64,000 nt of DNA from Squalus acanthias. Its lineage: Eukaryota. Shown one piece after another: positions 1 to 12,848 of this stretch; within the stretch, counting starts at the first letter, position 1, and every line of letters begins with the position of its first letter. The translations under genes were made by a program, and so were the position numbers. The stretch covers positions 30,380,001 through 30,444,000 of the forward strand of contig CM059436.1 of the NCBI GenBank assembly GCA_030390025.1. The letters run 5' to 3'. The notes beneath the pieces were generated by a model. The model was not told where the DNA came from, searched no databases, and was given only the letters and a program-made list of their open reading frames with translations.

Positions 1-569
1 AATTCTTTTAAAATGACAGTATTGGAAGAAGACTAACCTAATGCACTATATACCAAATCTTCATTGAGAACTAAAATTATACTAGGATTACAGTTTTTTT
101 TTGACCTAACTGTCAAAGCTTTATTTTATTTCCAGTCTCTGCCATCTATTCACAACTGTGATATCAGTGATTTTTTTTTCTCGGAATTGAGTTACTGTGG
201 TGAAAATTGGCCTTGCATCACAGGACTAATATCTAGATTTATTTTCTTTTGGAGAAGTAAACTGAATACAGCAGTAACCTGAAGCCATTTTAGCTGCTGT
301 GATTTTGAAAAACTTCAAATGAATGGAGCATGTAGTAAACCTGTTCCGAGTTCCTCTCCCAAGACGCTTTGATACCACAAAAATCTGATCTTGCTCAGTG
401 AATAGCTTTTGGTAGGTTATGTACTTTCTTATGAATTCCTCTGTTAGCCCTTAGAATTCGATCTTTACTATCAGCCACTTTGTAAATTTAAAATGCAATG
501 TTGGGTGATAATTGAAATGTTGACTTTTTTGGGGGGGGTGGGGGGAAAGAGGAGTTGGTAGAAGAGTGT

Positions 570-753
570 AACCCTCTCCCACAAAGTAGATGCTAGCTCA
601 ATTAATGATTTTAAATCTGAGATAGATTTTGGTTAGCCAAGGGTGTTGAGGGATTTGGAGCCAAGATGGAGTTGAATGCAGATCAGCCATGATCTCATTG
701 AATGGTGGAACAGGCTTGAGATGCTGAATGGCCTACTCTTGTTCCTATGTTCA
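570..753 (+). mobile_element. CR1/HER1-type LINE 3' terminal fragment
   Basis: Ends in GATCAGCCATGATCTCATTGAATGGTGGAACAGGCTTGAG...GGCCTACTCTTGTTCCTATG, the same tail as the CR1 copies ending at ~7300 and ~35400. Confidence 0.75.
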
Positions 754-1839
754 ATCATGACACACATCTCTGCATGGAAAGAGGTGCCATTTTGCTGTGT
801 TTACCCCATCACACTGTAATGCTACAGTACAAAACGTTTGTATGATTAAAACACTGTTGCATTCCTTTGTGGAATATTGTACTATACTGCAAAACAGTAT
901 TATGGTGGAATCTGTTTATAATAAAATGGCAGCAACATGGCATGGTATAAACCTATAACGGATAAAGGTACTTGCCCTTTTTTCTGTTTTGAAGGATTCT
1001 GTTGCTTCTGGAAAAGCTTAACTGGACGGCAGCATGACTTTAAGCAGGCCTTTATCTCATTGTTTAGAGAGAATCTTTTTATTGTACAGTTTAGTAGAAA
1101 TCAGATTTCTGCTTGTAATCTGTTTTATCAGATACCCTGTGACACCAGTCATGTCCTTATGATCTGTTGGTTATGTTAATGATATCTAAAAATGCTAGTT
1201 CTACATGAGACATTAACATTTGTACAAATACAGCTTTAAAGTTGCACTTCCATAGGCTAGTTTGCACATGCACAATTCAGCTTGTTGAGTTGGTCAGCAG
1301 CTGATTACATGATTAAAGTGGTGTTGAGTGTAGTTACGGTCCATATAGTGTTCCATTTATACTAAAGTATACGTTCTAGTTTTGCCTATTTGTATTAATG
1401 GGTGGGAGTTGAGCCAATTCGACTGATACAATGGCAGTAATACAAGCAAGGGTCTGTGTTTAAATTGAAATTTATCATCTGCTTTCAGTACTTAATATTA
1501 TCTTGATATGACCAGATTTAACTTTTCCAAATTTGAAGGGTTTTTTGTATAATGAAGAGAAATGAAATTGGTTGTATTGTCAGCTCTGGTCATTTCATCT
1601 ATTCAGTGCTATGTGTAAAAACTTGGAAGAGGTAATGCCACCGGTTTTGTGTGCAACTTCCCAAATCAAAATCAATGTTCTGTATGTTCCCTATTTTATA
1701 TACGAGCAGATTTATCCATTGTATGCCCTAAACCATTACTGGATCAGCACACTGTACCACTGTTCCATTTAACATAACTCTCTTTATTCCTTATCCTCAC
1801 TAATTATTTTTTGTCTTTCCACATTGAAATGTGGATAGA

Positions 1840-4196
1840 CAATCTCCCAACCTCCCCTGTCACACCGGCAGGACAGACCCACCAGAGGTGGTGGCACAGT
1901 GGGGAGGGTGTGGCCCTGGGAGTCCTCAATATTGACTCTGGACGCCATGAAGTCTGAGTGTAGCAAGGGCACAGAATGGGGGGACTTCAATGCCTATCGC
2001 CAAGAGTGACTCGGTAGCACCACTACTGACTGAGCTGGCAGAGTCCTGAATGAAATAGCTGGCAGTTTAGGCCTGCAGCAGGTAAGAGAACCAACACGAG
2101 GGAAAAGCCTACTTGACCTCGTCCTCACCAATTTACCTGTCGCATGCTTCTGTCCACGAGAATATTGGTAGCAGCGACCACCGCACAGTCCTTGTGGAGA
2201 CCAAGTCCCGTCTTCGCACTGAGGATACCCTTCATAGTGTTGTGTGGCGCTACCGCTGTGCTAAATGTGATGGATGCCAGTTTTGATCTGTTCTGAATCT
2301 GAGGTGCTGTGGGCCATCAGCAGCAGCAGAATTGTATTCCACCACAATCTGTAACCTCATGGCCTGGCATAGCCATCAGGCCAAGGGACTAACCCTGGTT
2401 CATGAGTGCAGAAGAGCATGCCAGGAGCAGCACCAGACATATTTAAAAATGAAGTGCCAACCTGGAGAAGCTGCAACACGACTATGTGCATGATGAACAG
2501 TGGAAACCGCATGCTATAGACAGAGCTAAGCGATTCCCACAACCAATGGATCAGATCAAAGCTCTGCAGCCCTGCCACATCCAATCATGAATGGTGGTAG
2601 ACCATTAAACAGCTAACGGGAGGAGGAAGCTCCATGAATATTCCCATCATCAATGATGGCGGAGCCCAGCACGTGAGTGCAAAAGACAAGGCAGAAGCGT
2701 TTGCAACCATCTTCAGCCAGAAGTGCTGAGTGGTTGATCCATCTTTGCCTCCTCCTGAGGTTCTCACCATCACAGAAGCCAGTTTTCAGCCAATTCGATT
2801 CACTCCACGTGTTATCAAAAAACAGCTTGAGCGTACTGGATACAGCTAAGTGTATGGGCCCCGACAGCATCCCGGCTGTCGTGCTGAAGACTTGTGCTCC
2901 GGAACTAGCCAAGCTGTTCCAGTACAGCTACAACACTGGCATCTATCCGACAATGTGGAAAACTGCCCAGGTATGTCCTGTCCACAAAAAGCAGGGCAAA
3001 TCCAACACGGCCAATTACCACCCCATCACTCTACTCTCAATCATCAGCAAAGTGATGGAAGGTGTCGTCGACAGTGCTATCAAGCGGCACTTACTCACCA
3101 ATAACCTGCTCACTATTGCCCAGTTTGGGTTCTGCCAAGACCACTCTGCTCCCGACCTCATTACAGCCTTGGTCCAAACATGGACAAAAGAGCTGAATTC
3201 AGAGGTGAGGAGAGTGACTGTCCCTGACATCAAGGCAGCATTTGACAGTGTGGTATCAAGGAGCCCTAGTAATATTGAAGTCAATGGGAATTGGGGGTGG
3301 GGGGAGCTCTCCACTGGCTGGAGTCATACCTAGAACAAAGGAAGGTGGTTGGAGGCCAATCATCTCAGCCCCAGTACATCGCTGCAGGAGTTCCTCAAGG
3401 CAGTTTCCCAGGCCCAAACATCTTCAGCTGATTCATCGATGACCTTTCCTCCATCATAGGGTCAGAAGTGGGATGCTTGCAGTGTTCAGTTTCATTCGCA
3501 ACTCCTCAGATAATGAAGCAGTCCATGCTTGCATGCAGCAAGACCGAGATGACATTCAGGCTTGGCTGATGAGTGGCAAGTAACATTTGCGCCACACAAG
3601 TGCCAGGCAATGACTATCTCCAACAAGAGAGTCTAACCACCTCCCCTTGACATTCAACAGCATTGCCATCGCCGAATCCCCCACCATCAACATCCTGGGG
3701 GTCAGCATTGACCAGAATCCTACAAGAGCAGGTCAGAGGCTGTGTATTCTGTGACGAGCAGCCTGCTTGATTGGCAGCCCATCCACTCACATTCACATTA
3801 AACATTCACTCCCTCTGCCACTGGCTCACTGTAGCTACAGTGTGTACCATCTACAAGATGCACTGCAACTACTCAAGGCTTCTACGACAGCACCTCCGAA
3901 ATCCGCGACCTCTGCTACCTATAAGGTCAAGGGCAGCAAGCGCATGGGAACACCACCTCACGTTCCCCTCCAAGTCTCTCTCCATCCTGACTTGGAAATA
4001 TATCGCTGTTCCTTCATCGTCGCTGGGTCAAAATCCTGGAACTCCCTCCCTAACAGCACTATGGGAGTACCTTCACCACAAGGACTGCAGCGGTTCAAGA
4101 AGGCAGCTCACCACCACCTTGAAGGTAATCAGGAATGGACAATAAATGCTGGCCTTGCCAGCGATGCCCACATCACTGAACGAATAAAAAAAAAAA
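1840..4196 (+). mobile_element. 5'-truncated, frameshifted CR1-group LINE (endonuclease remnant, RT, polyA tail)
   Basis: ORF 2677-3333 contains RT motifs (GPDSIPAVVLKTCAPEL, NYHPITLLSIISKVME, QFGF, DIKAAFD). The element ends with AATAAA and an A-run at 4186-4196. Confidence 0.85.
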
Positions 4197-5074
4197 CGCA
4201 TTTGCCAGCTATTGACTTACCTAAAATATGTAAATCTTTTGTATGTGGTTGTATTGCTCCTCATTATTTGCCCTGCCTGCTATTTCTAGTATTATCTGTA
4301 AACTTAGATTAACAGTACTCCCTATGGCGATAGATATTTAAGATTCCACTATATGAGAATGGGAGGCAAGTGGTTATTCTCAGCAGACCTTTGTCCTACT
4401 GGCAACAATTAGCTGGTGCTGTACAACTGATCCACATCTGATCTGCCAGCTCACAACTCCAGTGGATCCACTTGTGATTTAAGCTGCCCAATCCACACAC
4501 ACACTCCCCTATCTCAACTGTGGACACCCAGGCTACAGGGGCCCAGCCCAATGACCGTATCCAGTCACTTTCTGCAATCTCATTGGCATCCTCTGCAGTA
4601 CTGATCTCAGTGGAGCTGCTGTTTGTTTTTTAAAATCAGTATAGAATCAGTCTGTTAAATGTGCTCCTCTTGACCAGTCTTACAGCTGGTGTTATAGGTG
4701 GGTGCTTGGGGGAAACTGTGAGCAGGCTGAGTGCAGTGTCGAGCTTATCTTGCTGCTGGGAACAATGGTGAGCACTGCTAGAGAGTACAGATGGACAGAG
4801 AACCGGAGTGTTCAAAGCCACAGTAGACAGTGTAGTTTTGGGGATTTTTGATTATCTGCCAGACTGTACCTGCCATTATGGCAGTTGATTGACAGTTGCA
4901 TATTTAAAAACAAGGTTCTCAACACTAACCCCCTAGATTACCCTTCTGTAATATCTTTCCAGCCTGCAAAGATCCACTTGAACTATCCACTGGTTACTTC
5001 TTGGCTAATTTTCCATTTGAATGTCCTACTTTTGCATCCTGTTCCATGACTTCATTACCTTCGCCATTGATTGG

Positions 5075-5340
5075 CAATGTGAAACCTTGCTGGAAAGCTT
5101 TCTGAAATCCAAGTGTTTGATCAGCTGTTTCCCTTAGTTGCCATGTTGCTAATATTTTGAAAAAAACCTGCAACAGATTAGTTTAAACACGACCTCACTT
5201 TCCTGAATCAATGTGACTGTTCTTTAAGTTATGCTTTACTAAGTGTTCACCCACTACATCTCTCATATTTCAGTTTTTCTAGATCAGAACTTAAACTTGA
5301 CAGTTAATATTTTTCAGGTACATGTCTTGATGCTTTTTTT
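5075..5340 (-). mobile_element. highly decayed CR1 RT fragment
   Basis: GCTTTCTGAAATCCAAG and CAACAGATTAGTTTAAACACGACC resemble the reverse complement of the CR1 'LDFQKAF' and 'SCLTNL' coding region. Confidence 0.4.
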
Positions 5341-5584
5341 TTTTTAAAGTGGTATTTAATCAGGTTTTCTCTCTAGTTTTCCAGCACTGATTTGGGAGGA
5401 TGAATTGAGTGATGCATGGTCAGATTTTGTTAAAGTGCAACAGACAGGTTAAAGAAGCAAATTGGCATGAGCTGAAGTACCATGAAGCAAGCTTATTAGA
5501 CTAACCCTAGTAGAGTGTTAGAAATTTTGGGTTCGGCACATATTTTCTCTCTGCTTTTTTTCCTTTCTAGCCTCTGTCTCCTTT

Positions 5585-7308
5585 ACAGTCAGATGGGAGA
5601 ATTTATAATGGGGAATGAGGCAATGGCAGAGAAATTAAATAAATACTTTTTCTGTCTTCAGAGGAAGACAGAAAAAAACTCCCAGAAGTACGAGAAAACC
5701 AAGTGTGGCAAGAATGAGGAACTTAAAGAAATTATTAGTAAAAAAAACACTACTAGCAAAATTAATGGGACTAAAAGTCGATAAATACCAAGGACCGGAT
5801 GACCTACATCCTAGGGTTTTGAAAGAGGTGGCCATTGGGATAGTGGACACATTAGTTGTCATCTTTCAAAATTCCATAGATTCTAGAACGGTTCCTGCAG
5901 ATTGGAGGATAGCAAATGTAACCCTGCTATTTAAGAAAGGAGGGAGAGAGAAAACAGGGAACTACAGACCTGTTAGCCTCATCAGTAGTTGGGAAAATGC
6001 TGGAATCTATTTTAAAGGATGCAATAACTGGGCACTTAGAAACTAATAGTAAGATTGGGCAGAGTCAACATGGATTTATGAAAGGGAAATCCTGTTTGAC
6101 AAACCTATTGGAGTTCTTTGAGGATGTAACTAGTGGAGTAGACAAAGGGGAACCGGTAGATGTGGTGTATTTGGATTTTCAGAAGGCCTTCGATAAGGTC
6201 CCACAAGAGGTTGGTGAACAAAATTAGGGCACATGGCATTGGGGGTAATATACTAGCATGGATTGAGAATTGGTTAACAGACAGAAAACAAAGAGCAAGG
6301 ATAAACGGGTCTTTTTCAGGATGGCAGGCTGTGACTAGGGGGTACCGCAAGGATCGGTGCTTGGGCCCCAGCTATTCACAATCTATATCAATGATTTGGA
6401 TGAGGGGACTAAATGTAACATTTCCAAATTTGCTGATGATACAAAGCTAGGTGTCAGTTGCGAAGAGGATGTGAAGAGGCTTCAAGGGGATCTCGACAGG
6501 CTCAGTGAGTGGGCGAGAACATGGCAGATGGAATATAATGTGGATAAATGTGAAGTTATCCACTTTGGTAGAAAAAACAAAGGCAGAGTATTTCCTAAAT
6601 GGTGAAAGATTGGGGAATGCAGATGCTGAAAGGGACCTGGGTGTCCTTGTACATGAGTTACTGAAAGTGAATGTGCAGGTGCAGCAAGCCATTAGGAAGG
6701 CAAATAGTATGCTGGCCTTCATTACAAGAGGATTTGAGTACAGGAGTAAAGAAGTCTTACTCCAATTATATAGGGCCTTGGTGAGACCACACCTGGAGTA
6801 CTGTGTACAATTTTGGTCTCCTTACCTAAGGAAGGATATACTTGCCATAGAGTGGGTGCAACGACGGTTCACAAGATCGAGTCCTGGGGTGGTGGGACTG
6901 TCGTATAAAGGGATTGAGTAAACTAGGCCTATATTCTCTTGAATTCAGAAGAATGAGAGGGATCTCATTGAAGCATACAAAATTATTACAGGGCTTGATG
7001 GGATGGATGCTGGGAGAATGTTTCCCTTGGCTGGGGAGTCTAGAACGCGAGGCCACAGCCTCCGGCTAAATGGTAGGCCATTTAGGACTGAGATGAGAAG
7101 AAATTTCTTCAGAGGGTGGTGAATCTTTGGAATTCTCTACCCCAGAGGGCTGTGGAGGCTCAGTCATTGGGTATATTCAGAACAGAAGTCAATAGATTTC
7201 TGATATGGCGATAGGGACAGTGGATGGAGTTGAGGTAGAAGATCAGCCATGATCTCATTGAATGGCGGAGCAAGCTCGAATGGCCTACTCCTGCTCCTAT
7301 TTCTTATT
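5585..7308 (+). mobile_element. CR1 (HER1-like) LINE, 5'-truncated, ORF2 frameshifted
   Basis: Consecutive ORF pieces [66 protein letters not shown], followed by a typical CR1 3' tail. Confidence 0.92.
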
Positions 7309-7311
7309 CAT

Positions 7312-9117
7312 TCCCTCCCTCCTTCATCCCCCCCCTTCTCCCTTCTCCCCCCACCCTTCTCTCTCTCTCCCCCCCCCCCCTCTCTCCCCCCCTTCTCTCT
7401 CTCCCCCCCTTCTCTCTCTCTCTCCCCCCTTCTCTCTCTCCCCCCCTTCTCTCTCTCCCCCCCTTCTCTCTCTCCCCCCCTTCTCTCTCTCCCCCCCTTC
7501 TCTCTCTCCCCCCCTTCTCTCTCTCCCCCCCTTCTCTCTCTCCCCCCCTTCTCTCTCTCNNNNNNNNNNNNNNNNNNNNNNNNNNNNNNNNNNNNNNNNN
7601 NNNNNNNNNNNNNNNNNNNNNNNNNNNNNNNNNNNNNNNNNNNNNNNNNNNNNNNNNNNNNNNNNNNNNNNNNNNNNNNNNNNNNNNNNNNNNNNNNNNN
7701 NNNNNNNNNNNNNNNNNNNNNNNNNNNNNNNNNNNNNNNNNNNNNNNNNNNNNNNNNNNNNNNNNNNNNNNNNNNNNNNNNNNNNNNNNNNNNNNNNNNN
7801 NNNNNNNNNNNNNNNNNNNNNNNNNNNNNNNNNNNNNNNNNNNNNNNNNNNNNNNNNNNNNNNNNNNNNNNNNNNNNNNNNNNNNNNNNNNNNNNNNNNN
7901 NNNNNNNNNNNNNNNNNNNNNNNNNNNNNNNNNNNNNNNNNNNNNNCTCTCCCCCCCTTCTTCTCTCTCTCCCCNNNNNNNNNNNNNNNNNNNNNNNNNN
8001 NNNNNNNNNNNNNNNNNNNNNNNNNNNNNNNNNNNNNNNNNNNNNNNNNNNNNNNNNNNNNNNNNNNNNNNNNNNNNNNNNNNNNNNNNNNNNNNNNNNN
8101 NNNNNNNNNNNNNNNNNNNNNNNNNNNNNNNNNNNNNNNNNNNNNNNNNNNNNNNNNNNNNNNNNNNNNNCCTTCTTCTCTCTCTCCCCCCTTCTTCTCT
8201 CTCTCCCCCCCTTCTTCTCTCTCTCCCCCCCTTCTTCTCTCTCTCCCCCCCTTCTTCTCTCTCTCCCCCCCTTCTTCTCTCTCTCCCCCCCTTCTTCTCT
8301 CTCTCCCCCCCTTCTTCTCTCTCTCCCCCCCTTCTTCTCTCTCTCCCCCCCTTCTTCTCTCTCTCCCCCCCTTCTTCTCTCTCTCCCCCCCTTCTTCTCT
8401 CTCTCCCCCCCTTCTTCTCTCTCTCCCCCCCTTCTTCTCTCTCTCCCCCCCTTCTTCTCTCTCTCCCCCCCTTCTTCTCTCTCTCCCCCCCTTCTTCTCT
8501 CTCTCCCCCCCTTCTTCTCTCTCTCCCCCCCTTCTTCTCTCTCTCCCCCCCTTCTTCTCTCTCTCCCCCCCTTCTTCTCTCTCTCCCCCCCTTCTTCTCT
8601 CTCTCCCCCCCTTCTTCTCTCTCTCCCCCCCTTCTTCTCTCTCTCCCCCCCTTCTTCTCTCTCTCCCCCCCTTCTTCTCTCTCTCCCCCCCTTCTTCTCT
8701 CTCTCCCCCCCTTCTTCTCTCTCTCCCCCCCTTCTTCTCTCTCTCCCCCCCTTCTTCTCTCTCTCCCCCCCTTCTTCTCTCTCTCCCCCCCTTCTTCTCT
8801 CTCTCCCCCCCTTCTTCTCTCTCTCCCCCCCTTCTTCTCTCTCTCCCCCCCTTCTTCTCTCTCTCCCCCCCTTCTTCTCTCTCTCCCCCCCTTCTTCTCT
8901 CTCTCCCCCCCTTCTTCTCTCTCTCCCCCCCTTCTTCTCTCTCTCCCCCCCTTCTTCTCTCTCTCCCCCCCTTCTTCTCTCTCTCCCCCCCTTCTTCTCT
9001 CTCTCCCCCCCTTCTTCTCTCTCTCCCCCCCTTCTTCTCTCTCTCCCCCCCTTCTTCTCTCTCTCCCCCCCTTCTCCCCTCCCCCCTCCCCCCTCTTTCT
9101 CCCCCCCCCTCCCCCCG
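7312..9117. repeat. pure pyrimidine minisatellite: 17-bp (TTCTCTCTCTCCCCCCC)n then 20-bp (TTCTTCTCTCTCTCCCCCCC)n, with assembly gaps
   Basis: About 44 perfect 20-mer copies at ~8190-9070; 17-mer copies at ~7420-7559; N runs at 7560-7946 and 7975-8170. Confidence 0.97.
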
Positions 9118-10548
9118 ATATTGTAGCACTGATCACTTTGTAAGCAGTCTTCAGTCATATGCACTCTGTTTGCCTGTACTGCCAATTATCTAATTAAACA
9201 GTAATGTAATCTGGGTGTATAATGATGCATTCTCCTTGTCATAGGAACTGGACATCATGTTCTATGCGTGTGTCCTTGTATGTACTTCCTCAGTCTTCCA
9301 GTAGGTGGAATTGATGAACGCTCTGCTAAGATCATGTCAATGTAAAATTAAGGAGTTGGTTCATTTTGCAGGGAGCAGTGATTAGGTTAGTAATTTCACC
9401 TTTTTTTAACTTCCATAATTCTTCCTGTAACATGCATTGCTATCCCAAATAGCAAGCTGAATGCTTTCTTTTAGATTTATTCTTTCTTTCTGGTCAGTTT
9501 CTAAAACTGGCTATATCTTCGCTCAAGCTTGTACCCTGTCATTTGCAGCCTTTGGACCTGACTTCCCCACATGTGGATCATTGTTCTGCTGTTCCCTGAA
9601 GTTGGGGGCTTTCCTAATCCCTCCTCTTGTCTAGTGATTGGCCAGTAGAGCTGCCAATCAAGCCTGCAACCCCACACTTTCCCTTTCTCCTCTTCCCCTC
9701 TTTCTCTGCCCCCCCCCCCCCCCCAACCCTTGAACTCACCCCTAAAATGTGAATGTTTGGGAGCATTTGAAACAATACCCACTCCCCTACTGTTCTCACT
9801 TATAGTTATTATTTCAATGACTTACTCATTACCATATCAATCTGTCTTTGTTCCAATGTGTGGCTCTGAGGAGGATTCCTAATTTTGATCTTTTTAATTT
9901 TAAAATCAACACCAACATTAATCATTTCCAAATCCTTTTCCATGGAAATAGTCAAAAAACCCAATTTATGACTGTGTAGATGGAGCAATAAACTACTGAA
10001 ATATGGGCTTGCTGGGGTGCAACAAGTTTTTTTTGACAGTGGTCATCTTGGGTTAATTTGAAATCCCTTTCTGAACAAGAATGTATTCCTGAGATTGTCT
10101 TTGTAATTTTTGAATAAATTGTTCTATTTTAATATTGATATACATTTTAAACTTGTATTAATGAAATGTTGTACCTGCCTAAGTGTTCACACTGGCTTCA
10201 CAAAAGATAGAGTGCCTAAATAGCTGGCAATATATTGTGCTGAGTATACATAACATTTTAAATTTTCAAGAGACTATATTAGTGCAATCCTTTGTAGCTC
10301 AGACACATCCCAAAGAAACATATACGTAACTTTTTTTTTTAAATTTGAAGTATGTGCATTCTGAGCATGTGCTGCTTGCAGAATTTCCCAGCATTGAAAT
10401 TGTCTGAATTGATATCCCCTCTGTGAAGATGAGAGTTGTGTTGCTTTTTCCAAAAGTCTACAAAAAGCAACCACTGCTGAAATGCAAAGTTGTTCTGACT
10501 TTTGAAAACTGATTCTTTTGATTTCAGTACCACTTGCATGTTTGTACT

Positions 10549-10810
10549 TCACGTGACATTGGGGATTTTTTAAATTAAGCCTGTTTCAGTGTTTAAAATG
10601 TTTACCACAATTGACTTCAAATGTATTTTTACATGAAATACTTGTTTCAAATATAAATTCTTTGCCAAAATTCAGCGTTTCCATGAGAAACGATAATGAC
10701 GTCGTGAACTTAACTGAAGTTAACTCAGTGAAAACTTTGTACTTGTAAAAAAAAAATGCATCTCCATTGCTGACGCAATCTCTCAGCAACGATTCCACTT
10801 TTTCCTGGAA
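10549..10810. promoter_or_regulatory. candidate intronic enhancer motif cluster (E-box, CRE-like, STAT/GAS)
   Basis: TCACGTGAC 10549-10557, TGACGTCG 10697-10704, TGACGCAA 10771-10778 and TTCCTGGAA 10802-10810 in non-repetitive DNA 2 kb upstream of the SOCS5 coding exon. Motif evidence only. Confidence 0.3.
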
Positions 10811-12249
10811 GAATTCTGTTTGGCACCTTGCAATTACTCTGAAGCATTGCAGACGAAGAATGTGGTCAGCATGTTGGAAAAATAACCCGTGTCTACATGG
10901 TATCCATAGTTCAACAAACAAAAGACTGTAGTGGGGTATTGCATCTAAATTTTGATTCCAGCCGACAAATCATTGGGGAAAGTATTATGTAACCAAGTAT
11001 CATGAATAATGTATGACCTCAGTGTGGTGGTTTTTTGTGTTAAATCTCCCGGCACGTCCGCTATAGGTGTTGCACAGTGAAATCGATCAACTTTCTATGT
11101 CCTTGAAATTGTACAAGACAGTTGACGAAAGCCATGGGTAAATTGAGTAATTTCATTTGTTTATTTGCCGTTCTATACTGTTTGGAATTCCATTTATTGA
11201 GTGCTCAACTGTCTCGAATTGTAGGTCATTTGAAACTTGGGTGATGTTTGATTTACACTGATGTATGAGACCCAGGTGTTCCCATATAAAAATATCTCGC
11301 ATCCTGTTTTAAGCTGGTGACTGTTTTTGTCTGCAATTTGAGATGCCAAAAATGAAGAAGCTAGCACAATGAAAAATGTACTTCTGAAATAAAGATGCTG
11401 CACTTTCAAGCAAAGTACAGTTTAGGATTAAAACATTTTGAATGGCCATGTCTTAAGTTAGTTCCATTGTGAATGGATGACTATTGCAGACATGTATTTC
11501 GACAGGGCTGTCATGGTAACTATAGATGAAGGGTGCATTGTAGGAAAGATAATCTAAATTATTTCTTTGTTTAATGAGCCATACTAAATGATACGGTATT
11601 GCAGTGTATGCATATCGGGAGCAACTATGCATTTTCTTTTTACACACTTGAAGTACAACTCCGTGGCAAATTTTACAATACAGTAAGACCACCTTTATCG
11701 CTGTAGGGAGCTAGCCAGTCACTGAGCTAAATTGCCATGTTATCTCTAACTCGCATGTTGTAAATTGTCTTGGGGCTAAGCTATCTGTTAATCAGCATGC
11801 CATTTGCTTTAGTTGGTTGGTTCGGTAGTAGCTGAATATTTGGAACTACCAATCATGTATAGAAGCATTGCTTCAAAAGGAGGCTGAGTTTAGCTGAAGG
11901 AAGGCTTTTTGGAAAAAGAATGTGTACTGTGGCTAAAGTTACAGGAGATGTTTTCATTTTGAAGGTTTTATCCAAAAGTTGAGCTGTGCACACTCATGTT
12001 TCTCTCACTTCAGAATATCAATTTTAGCGTGATTTGGGTATTGTGACCGAGTTGGGCAATGATCTGGAGTTGTAATTTAGTTTGTGACATTTGTTGGCTT
12101 ATGAACGTATTGAAATTGGCCTCCTGAAGGCCATGTGTTTTTATAAACTACTTTCACAGGCCAGTCACATTGCCAGTGAGTTAGTTTTACAAAATGCAAG
12201 TGAGTGCTCCGGTACGTCCAGTCCCTAGCTGCCTTTTCTAGTAGTTCAA

Positions 12250-12500
12250 GCAGATGTAAAAGCTCTCATTGTACTATTTGAAGAGGAGCAGGGAACTCTC
12301 CTGGTGTCTTGACCAATGTCCCTTTCTCAACCAACATAACTAGAAACAGATTAACTGGCCATTCCTCTCATTTTCATTTTATTGGATCTTGCTGTTTACA
12401 AGTTGGTGGCCATGTTTGCATTTCAAAAGTAATTGACTGTGGAGCAGTTTTGGGAGTTCTTGTGATTTGATGCAGCTCCAAATGAATGCAATTATTTTTT
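12250..12500 (+). mobile_element. Deu-domain SINE (SacSINE1-like) fragment
   Basis: ACTATTTGAAGAGGAGCAGGGAACTCTCCTGGTGTCTTGACCAATG...GATCTTGCTGT...TTCAAAAGTAATTG core is shared with copies at 18155, 29205, 36965 and 44855. Confidence 0.65.
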
Positions 12501-12810
12501 CACTCGTGACTTAATGTTTGCACAGCCAATGTAGAAGTATTGGGAGAATTTACTGGGACTTGGCATTGTTTGTCTTGATGAAATCTATTATCTATGTGCT
12601 TTTATTAGTGAACAGGCTTGGAGAGTTGAAATTCAAATATGCAAATTATAAATACATGGAAAATTACTTTGTCCAAGAAACCTGTAACAGTTGGTAAAAT
12701 TTTATTTTGATATATAATCTAAACCGCTCTTAATTTCTGGTTTATTTAAGCTGTGATGCCAGATTGGATATAGTTTTATTTCTGAACTCTTATTGCTCAG
12801 TTTGTCTTTA

Positions 12811-12833
12811 ATATTCTTTTCTTGTATCCTTAG
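12811..12833 (+). promoter_or_regulatory. SOCS5: 3' splice acceptor of the SOCS5 coding exon
   Basis: Polypyrimidine tract ATTCTTTTCTTGTATCCTTAG, leaving 15 nt of exon before the ATG. Vertebrate SOCS5 has an upstream non-coding exon and the whole CDS in the last exon. Confidence 0.8.
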
Positions 12834-12848
12834 ATACGTGTTTAACCT

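Noticed and set aside
8171-9070. Regular 20-bp repeat as a CRISPR-like array
   Set aside because: Head-to-tail units with no unique spacers, in a vertebrate context with no cas genes.
7249-9193. Five ORFs of 600-643 aa (Ser/Pro/Leu-rich or Gly/Glu/Arg-rich)
   Set aside because: Artefacts of a stop-free C/T minisatellite plus N gaps.
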